From the IMG/VR virus record IMGVR_UViG_3300010052_000209, positions 1 through 24,951 of that record: DNA of 24,951 bases, one strand, 5' to 3'. The number at the start of each line of letters is the position of its first letter. Positions within the stretch are counted from its first letter, which is position 1. The notes below the pieces were generated by a model that saw only the letters and a program-made list of their open reading frames with translations, made no database searches and was not told the DNA's origin. Source of the stretch: a virus. Its lineage: Duplodnaviria > Caudoviricetes. Shown here piece by piece: positions 19,705 to 24,951 of the stretch. Position numbers and translations under genes: made by a program.

Positions 19705-20019
19705 ATGGAAAAGGCATTCATGCCCGTGGACAACGCCACGGTGATGGTCGGCGTATCGACGTCGTGGATGGCGGGAGCGATCAAGGGGCGGCCCAGCGGG
19801 CCGTTCCAGCTTCGGCTGTACAATGCGCTTGCGAGCGCGGTGTTCTACCGGGTCGGCGACTCCAGTGTGCAGGCCACCAGCGCCGACGTTCCGCTGCCGC
19901 CGGGCGCGGTGGAGATCATCACGGTCCGCAATGCCGACGCGCGGCCGGACACCCACATCGCGTTCGTGGCCGCGTCCGGGAGCGGCTCCGTGTACGCCTC
20001 GACCGGCAATGGGCTCTAG
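19705..20019 (+). CDS. Hypothetical small virion/tail protein
   Basis: GAGAGG RBS; beta-rich 104 aa; 2 bp before the next gene. Confidence 0.7.
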   Translation: MEKAFMPVDNATVMVGVSTSWMAGAIKGRPSGPFQLRLYNALASAVFYRVGDSSVQATSADVPLPPGAVEIITVRNADARPDTHIAFVAASGSGSVYASTGNGL

Positions 20020-20021
20020 GG

Positions 20022-21692
20022 ATGGTGCTGCATGTCGGGACGAGGGGGCCTGGGCACCTCTCGCGCACGGCGGCCGGCGCTCCCGGGGAGGTCTTCGGGA
20101 CCTCGGCGGCACGCTACAGCGTCATGGGGACCGGCCTCCGAACGCCGGTGCACATGGGCAGTGAGGCCGGCGCGTCGATGCAGACGAACGGCAATGGCAC
20201 GACGGACTATCTGTACCAGGTGACACGCCAGGCCTTCGGCTCGCCTGATTACGTCACCACGGATCATCTGTTCGGCTTCTGCAACTTCTCGCACGGCACG
20301 TCGGGCCCTGAGGCCAGCGGCGGCTGCGACATCACGATCGACGCCTTCAAGGTCTATGTGAACGGCGCCTGGGTTTCGTCTACCGACGTGCCGAAGGTCG
20401 TGCCTGCAGGGGCCGGGGTTCTGCTGAGCGGGTTCTCAGGGCTGAGCATTCCGGCCAACGCGGTGGTGCATTGGATCTGCAAGTTTCACTACAGCGCCGG
20501 CGCCGCGAAGATCCCGGTGTTGTCGGCCAGTGCGTTCTGGAATCCCGGCGGTGTCTCGGACGCCGCGCGGGGGTTCACGACCGCGGGCGGCTACACGACC
20601 GAAATTCCAAGCGATGGTCCGGGCACGGTGCCGACCTGGGCGAACGGGACCGGCGGCCGATCCTGGGGGCCGTCGATGTGCTTCGGAAAGGGCGGGGATG
20701 GTCGGCCTGCCGTCGTCATCGTCGGCGATAGCATCGGCTATGGCGTCGCCGGCGATACCCAGGTGGCCTGTTGGACGGCCCGGCGCGAGTACGGAATGGT
20801 GGGAGTTGGCCTGGACAGCAATGTCGGGGCCAAACGCCTAGGCTATCTGAACCTCAGCGTCCCGGGACAGAGCCCGATCGATGCCGTTGGGGGATGGCGC
20901 TACCGTCCGCGCTGGGAGCGGAAGCTGGACCTCGTGAAGCAGGTGACGCTGCTACAAGGCAAGGCGCCGTTCGACATCATCCTGAGTGAGCACGGCGAGA
21001 ACAGTTGCTCGGCAGCGAAGACGCTGGTGTCCGGCATGCCTGCCTACTACGCGACCTTGCAGGCGGAGTGGCCTGGGCTGCCGATCTACCAGCACGAGCT
21101 CCTCGCGCGCTGCAAGTCGACGGACCAGTTCCGAAGCTTCGCGGGGCAGACGCTGGATCGGAACAGTGACGGCTCGCAGGATACGAACTCCCTGCAGTTT
21201 GCGCTGGGGCACGCCTACAACGGCGGCGTCAACATGGGCGACAAGTGGCTGTTCCAGGCCGCGTTGCAGCCCGGTGGCGCTATCCGTGACGCCGGTTGGA
21301 TCGCTGGCACGATCCCGACATGGCGATATGGCAGCTATGACACGGGGGATGGCCGCGACCGGTTGGCCCTCCGCACATTTGCGACGACGACGACAGGACC
21401 CTACAACGGCGGCACGGCGAGGATGCCGCTGGCGGCTGCGGCCACGCCGGGCATGCACCTTTGCATGGATGGCCAGCCGAACGGCTATGTCGGTGTCTCG
21501 CGTGTCGCGGGGACAGGCGGTCTCGAGGCTGAGATCGTGCCGAACAGCTTCTCGCCCGGCAGTGTCGCCACGGGCGCGAACGTCTGGGAGATCCCGCACG
21601 ATGCGGGTGGTCCGCACCCCAGCGGCCTGATGCATCGCGACGTCTACTCCGCTGCTTTCGTCGACTGGAAGATCGCCCAGGGCTGGGTGTGA
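20022..21692 (+). CDS. SGNH/GDSL hydrolase-domain tail spike-like protein
   Basis: Block I VVIVGDSIGYG, block II NLSVPG, block III EHGEN, block V DAGGPHPS. Confidence 0.78.
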   Translation: MVLHVGTRGPGHLSRTAAGAPGEVFGTSAARYSVMGTGLRTPVHMGSEAGASMQTNGNGTTDYLYQVTRQAFGSPDYVTTDHLFGFCNFSHGTSGPEASGGCDITIDAFKVYVNGAWVSSTDVPKVVPAGAGVLLSGFSGLSIPANAVVHWICKFHYSAGAAKIPVLSASAFWNPGGVSDAARGFTTAGGYTTEIPSDGPGTVPTWANGTGGRSWGPSMCFGKGGDGRPAVVIVGDSIGYGVAGDTQVACWTARREYGMVGVGLDSNVGAKRLGYLNLSVPGQSPIDAVGGWRYRPRWERKLDLVKQVTLLQGKAPFDIILSEHGENSCSAAKTLVSGMPAYYATLQAEWPGLPIYQHELLARCKSTDQFRSFAGQTLDRNSDGSQDTNSLQFALGHAYNGGVNMGDKWLFQAALQPGGAIRDAGWIAGTIPTWRYGSYDTGDGRDRLALRTFATTTTGPYNGGTARMPLAAAATPGMHLCMDGQPNGYVGVSRVAGTGGLEAEIVPNSFSPGSVATGANVWEIPHDAGGPHPSGLMHRDVYSAAFVDWKIAQGWV

Positions 21693-21743
21693 CGTCGGCG
21701 CTCGCCTGACTGGGGCGGGCGCCGCCAAAGTCTGAGAGACCTC

Positions 21744-23276
21744 ATGAAAATTCCATTCGAGTTGCCGCCCGGGCTGAGCGGCGACGATACGACCTATGCC
21801 GCCACCGGCCGCTGGGCGGACGGCTCCAACGTGCGCTTCCGGCTGGGGCGGGCCGAGACCATCGGTGGGTGGGAGCGGCTGATGCGGGAGTCCCTGAGCG
21901 GCGTGTGCCGTGCGGTGTTTCCGTGGACCGACAACAGGGGCGTGCTGAACATCGGCTTCGGCACGCACTCGAAGCTGCAACTGTGGCAGGGCGGGGCGCT
22001 GTTCGATATCACGCCGACGGCGGGCTTCACGGCCGGTGCGATCGATGGGGCAGGCTCGGCGGGCTACGGCACTGGCGCCTACAACGTCGGCGGCTACGGT
22101 CAGCCCTCGGAGACGGACTATTTTCCGCTCACCTGGTCGTTCGGGGCGTGGGGGCAGCAGCTGCTGGCCAGCCCGCGCAACCAGACGATCTTCGCCTGGA
22201 CCAACAACACCGGCACGCCGGCCGCCGCCCTGGCAAATGCGCCGGCGCGGGTCACCCATATGCTGGTGGCGCCGCTGAACGGCGGCTACCAGGTCTTCGC
22301 GCTGGGTTGCAACGAGGAGGTCTCCGGGACCTTCAATCCGCTCTGTATCCGCCATTCCTCGATCCGAGAGAACACGGTCTGGAGCACCGCTGCGAGCGGT
22401 TCGACAGCGCGGGAATACATCCTGACCGGCGGCGGCCGGATCGTGGCCGGGCGGATGTGCGGGCCGTGCATGCTGGTGTGGACCGGTGATGCGCTGTTCC
22501 TGGGGACGTTCGTCGGGGCGCTGAACCAGCCGTGGCGCTTCGATCGCGTCGGCCGCAACTGCGGGCTGATTGGGCCGAATGCCGCGGTGATCGTGGGGCA
22601 GACGGCGTATTGGGTGAGCCCCGACCGTCAGTTCTATCGCTATGTCGTGGGCGGCGAACCCGAACCGCTGCCTTGCCCCGTCCGGCGGGATTTCGCTGAG
22701 GAATTGGCGGCGAGCCAGGGTGACAAGGTCGTGGCCTCGTCGAACGCGGAATTCTCCGAGATCCGCTTCGACTACCCCGACCGGCGCGACGGCTACGAGA
22801 ACAGCCGCTACCTCGCACTGGCGGTGGCCGGACCGGATGCAGGGGCGTGGCACCGCGGCGTGATGGCGAGGACGGCGTTCGTCGACGCAGGGCCTTCGGC
22901 CTATCCGATTGGCGCGACTGCGGACGGGGCGGTCTTCCTCCATGAGCGAGGGCGTTCGGCCGACGGCGGCAGCTTCCGCTGGTTCATCGAGACGGCGGAC
23001 GCCTACCTCGACCCCGAGACGACGCTGCTGGTGCGCGGCCTATGGCCTGACTTCAAGGATCAGGTGGGCCCCGTGACAGTGGATGTCGCGGCGCGAATGC
23101 ATCCCCAGGCGGCCGACGTGGCGATGGCCAGCGCGGCCATGGCGCCCGGCGCCGCACGTGCCGACCTGCTCACGAGCGGTCGGCTCTTCCGCGTGCGTTT
23201 CTCAGGCGAGAGCGCGCCGACGGGCTGCCGCATCGGGACGCCGACCTTCGACGTCGCCCAGACCGGCCAGCTCTGA
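21744..23276 (+). CDS. Tail hub / packaged-DNA stabilization protein (gp10, tail tubular B-like)
   Basis: WADGSNVRF...IGGWE, propeller-like repeats, NCGLIGPNA; size and position typical. Confidence 0.75.
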   Translation: MKIPFELPPGLSGDDTTYAATGRWADGSNVRFRLGRAETIGGWERLMRESLSGVCRAVFPWTDNRGVLNIGFGTHSKLQLWQGGALFDITPTAGFTAGAIDGAGSAGYGTGAYNVGGYGQPSETDYFPLTWSFGAWGQQLLASPRNQTIFAWTNNTGTPAAALANAPARVTHMLVAPLNGGYQVFALGCNEEVSGTFNPLCIRHSSIRENTVWSTAASGSTAREYILTGGGRIVAGRMCGPCMLVWTGDALFLGTFVGALNQPWRFDRVGRNCGLIGPNAAVIVGQTAYWVSPDRQFYRYVVGGEPEPLPCPVRRDFAEELAASQGDKVVASSNAEFSEIRFDYPDRRDGYENSRYLALAVAGPDAGAWHRGVMARTAFVDAGPSAYPIGATADGAVFLHERGRSADGGSFRWFIETADAYLDPETTLLVRGLWPDFKDQVGPVTVDVAARMHPQAADVAMASAAMAPGAARADLLTSGRLFRVRFSGESAPTGCRIGTPTFDVAQTGQL

Positions 23277-23323
23277 AGCTTCCCCAAAAACAAGGACTTC
23301 GGTCCCAGCAAAGGATCAGGTGA

Positions 23324-24199
23324 ATGGTGTTCGGACTTACGGGCAGCGCCAACAAGAGCAAGACGACCACGAGCAGCACCGGCTCGTTCAATACGACGAC
23401 GACACCGGTCGTGCCGGACTGGGCGACGTCGCCGGTTCAGACCGCGACCAACCGCGTCGGCAGCCTGATGAATCTGGATCCGAACGCGCTGGTCGCGCCG
23501 GCCAATCCGCTTCAGCAGCAGGCCGCCGCGACGGCCGGTGGTCTATCCGCGGATACGTCGTGGCTCAATCCGTACATGCAGGCGGACACCCCCTTCGCCT
23601 CGGGCGGCAAGGCCTATGACTGGGTGGGGCGCTATATGAACCCCTACCTGAACCAGGTGGTCGACACGACAGCCGCCGATCTGGACGCCAATGCCGGGCA
23701 GGTTCGCGCGCAGCAGGCGCTCAACCTCGCGGGTTCGGGCGCGTTCGGCGGTTCGGGGGCGGCGCTGACGCAGAGCATGACCGAGGGCGAACTGGCGCGG
23801 GCTCGAGGCACCACGCTGGGGGGTCTGCAGTCGCAGGGCTACCAGATGGCGCTGCAGGCCGCGGCGGGCGACGCCGATCGCGCGACGCAGGCGCGCATCG
23901 CCAATGCACAGATGGCGTTGCAGGACCGCGCGCAGAAGGTGGGCCTCCAGTTCAACTCGGACGCCAACCAGCGCGCCAACGTTGCGGCACAGGCTGAGGT
24001 GGGCGGCGCGTTGCGTGGCGTCGATCAGGAACAGCGCCAGGCGCCCATCACCAACAACCAGCAGATCGTGGCGATGCTTCAGGGTCTGCCGCTGGGCCTC
24101 TTCGCGGGGCAGACGCAGGCGGGCACCAACACCGAGACGGGCACGTCGAAGACCAAGGGCTTCAGCGTCGGCGCCAGCTTCAGCGACGCGAAGGCGTGA
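23324..24199 (+). CDS. Putative DNA ejection / internal virion protein
   Basis: Ala/Gln/Gly/Thr-rich; YMNPYLNQVVD and GAFGGS motifs seen in podovirus pilot proteins. Confidence 0.65.
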   Translation: MVFGLTGSANKSKTTTSSTGSFNTTTTPVVPDWATSPVQTATNRVGSLMNLDPNALVAPANPLQQQAAATAGGLSADTSWLNPYMQADTPFASGGKAYDWVGRYMNPYLNQVVDTTAADLDANAGQVRAQQALNLAGSGAFGGSGAALTQSMTEGELARARGTTLGGLQSQGYQMALQAAAGDADRATQARIANAQMALQDRAQKVGLQFNSDANQRANVAAQAEVGGALRGVDQEQRQAPITNNQQIVAMLQGLPLGLFAGQTQAGTNTETGTSKTKGFSVGASFSDAKA

Positions 24200-24204
24200 C
24201 AGCG

Positions 24205-24477
24205 ATGGTGACACAGTCCGAACGCTTGGCGGCGTTGGAGCAGCGCCTGGGGGATCACGAAGCCCGATGCGAGGAGCGGTTGGCTGAGATCCGAGCGACG
24301 GCGGCGTCGACTCTTCAAGCGGTCGAGGGGCTCAAGAGCCGCTCGTGGGGGATCGCCGCGGCGCTGCTGGCCTGGGCGCTGGCCCAGCTCTGGAGCGCGA
24401 ATGCGACCAAGCTTGAGCGGCTGGAAGCCGCGCGACCGGCTGCGGTGCAGGTCGCCTCGGCGCACGCCGAACACTGA
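24205..24477 (+). CDS. Holin-like protein (coiled coil + single TM)
   Basis: RLAALEQRLGDHEARCEER coiled coil then WGIAAALLAWALAQLW; upstream of the endolysin. Alternative start GTG 24196. Confidence 0.55.
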   Translation: MVTQSERLAALEQRLGDHEARCEERLAEIRATAASTLQAVEGLKSRSWGIAAALLAWALAQLWSANATKLERLEAARPAAVQVASAHAEH

Positions 24478-24501
24478 AAAAAAATTTCCCAGGGGTATGA
24501 A

Positions 24502-24951
24502 ATGACGACGAAACTCTCGGCGCATTTTGCGCTGGAAGAACTCGCGGCGACCCAGCATCGCGGCATCGACAATCGTCCGCCGCCCGAGGTCGTGGTGAGC
24601 CTGCGCGGTACGGCCGCGCGGATGGAAGAGGTCCGCCGGTTGCTTGGTGATCGGGTGATCACGGTCTCCAGTGGCTATCGTTCGCCGGCCTTGAATAGGG
24701 CGGTCGGCGGCGCTCGCGCGTCGGCCCATCTGACCGGCCATGCGGTGGACTTCAATTGCTACGGCTATGGCGTGCCCAAGGCCGTCTGCCGCGCCATCGC
24801 GAACTCAGAGATCGCGTTTGACCAGATCATCGAGGAGGGCTCGTGGACCCATATCTCCTTCGATCCGCAGATGCGCCGGCAGGTGCTGACCAGGACCTCG
24901 GGCGGCCGTTACGTGGTGGGCCTGGGCGAGCCGGAAGGGGTGGTGCGATGA
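24502..24951 (+). CDS. Peptidase M15 family endolysin
   Basis: LSAHFALEEL, SSGYRSPALNRAVGG...SAHLTGHAVD, FDQIIEE..WTHISF. Confidence 0.9.
   Translation: MTTKLSAHFALEELAATQHRGIDNRPPPEVVVSLRGTAARMEEVRRLLGDRVITVSSGYRSPALNRAVGGARASAHLTGHAVDFNCYGYGVPKAVCRAIANSEIAFDQIIEEGSWTHISFDPQMRRQVLTRTSGGRYVVGLGEPEGVVR

Overview
GC-rich alphaproteobacterial DNA, most likely Caulobacteraceae/Phenylobacterium-like (inferred from GC content, gene style and GTTC-N7-GTTC SOS boxes). It carries a compact P22/podovirus-type virion cluster: CI/LexA-like repressor, two small ORFs, a DUF6456/GafZ-like antiterminator candidate, terminases, portal, scaffold, P22-type coat, adaptor and tail proteins, an SGNH esterase, a gp10-like hub, an ejection-like protein, a holin-like protein and an M15 endolysin. 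No integrase or replication genes are in the window. Host-like genes (iron permease family, PAS hybrid kinase, osmC) interrupt the cluster. A 53-bp promoter cassette (LexA box, -35, palindromic spacer) occurs three times and appears to restart transcription after each interruption, and two further LexA boxes are present. Two toxin-like ORFs in the head module share a similar N-terminal leader and lie next to immunity-like membrane genes. The working hypothesis is a domesticated, SOS-controlled podovirus-derived particle (GTA-like and/or toxin-delivering). All family assignments are from motif recognition, not database searches.
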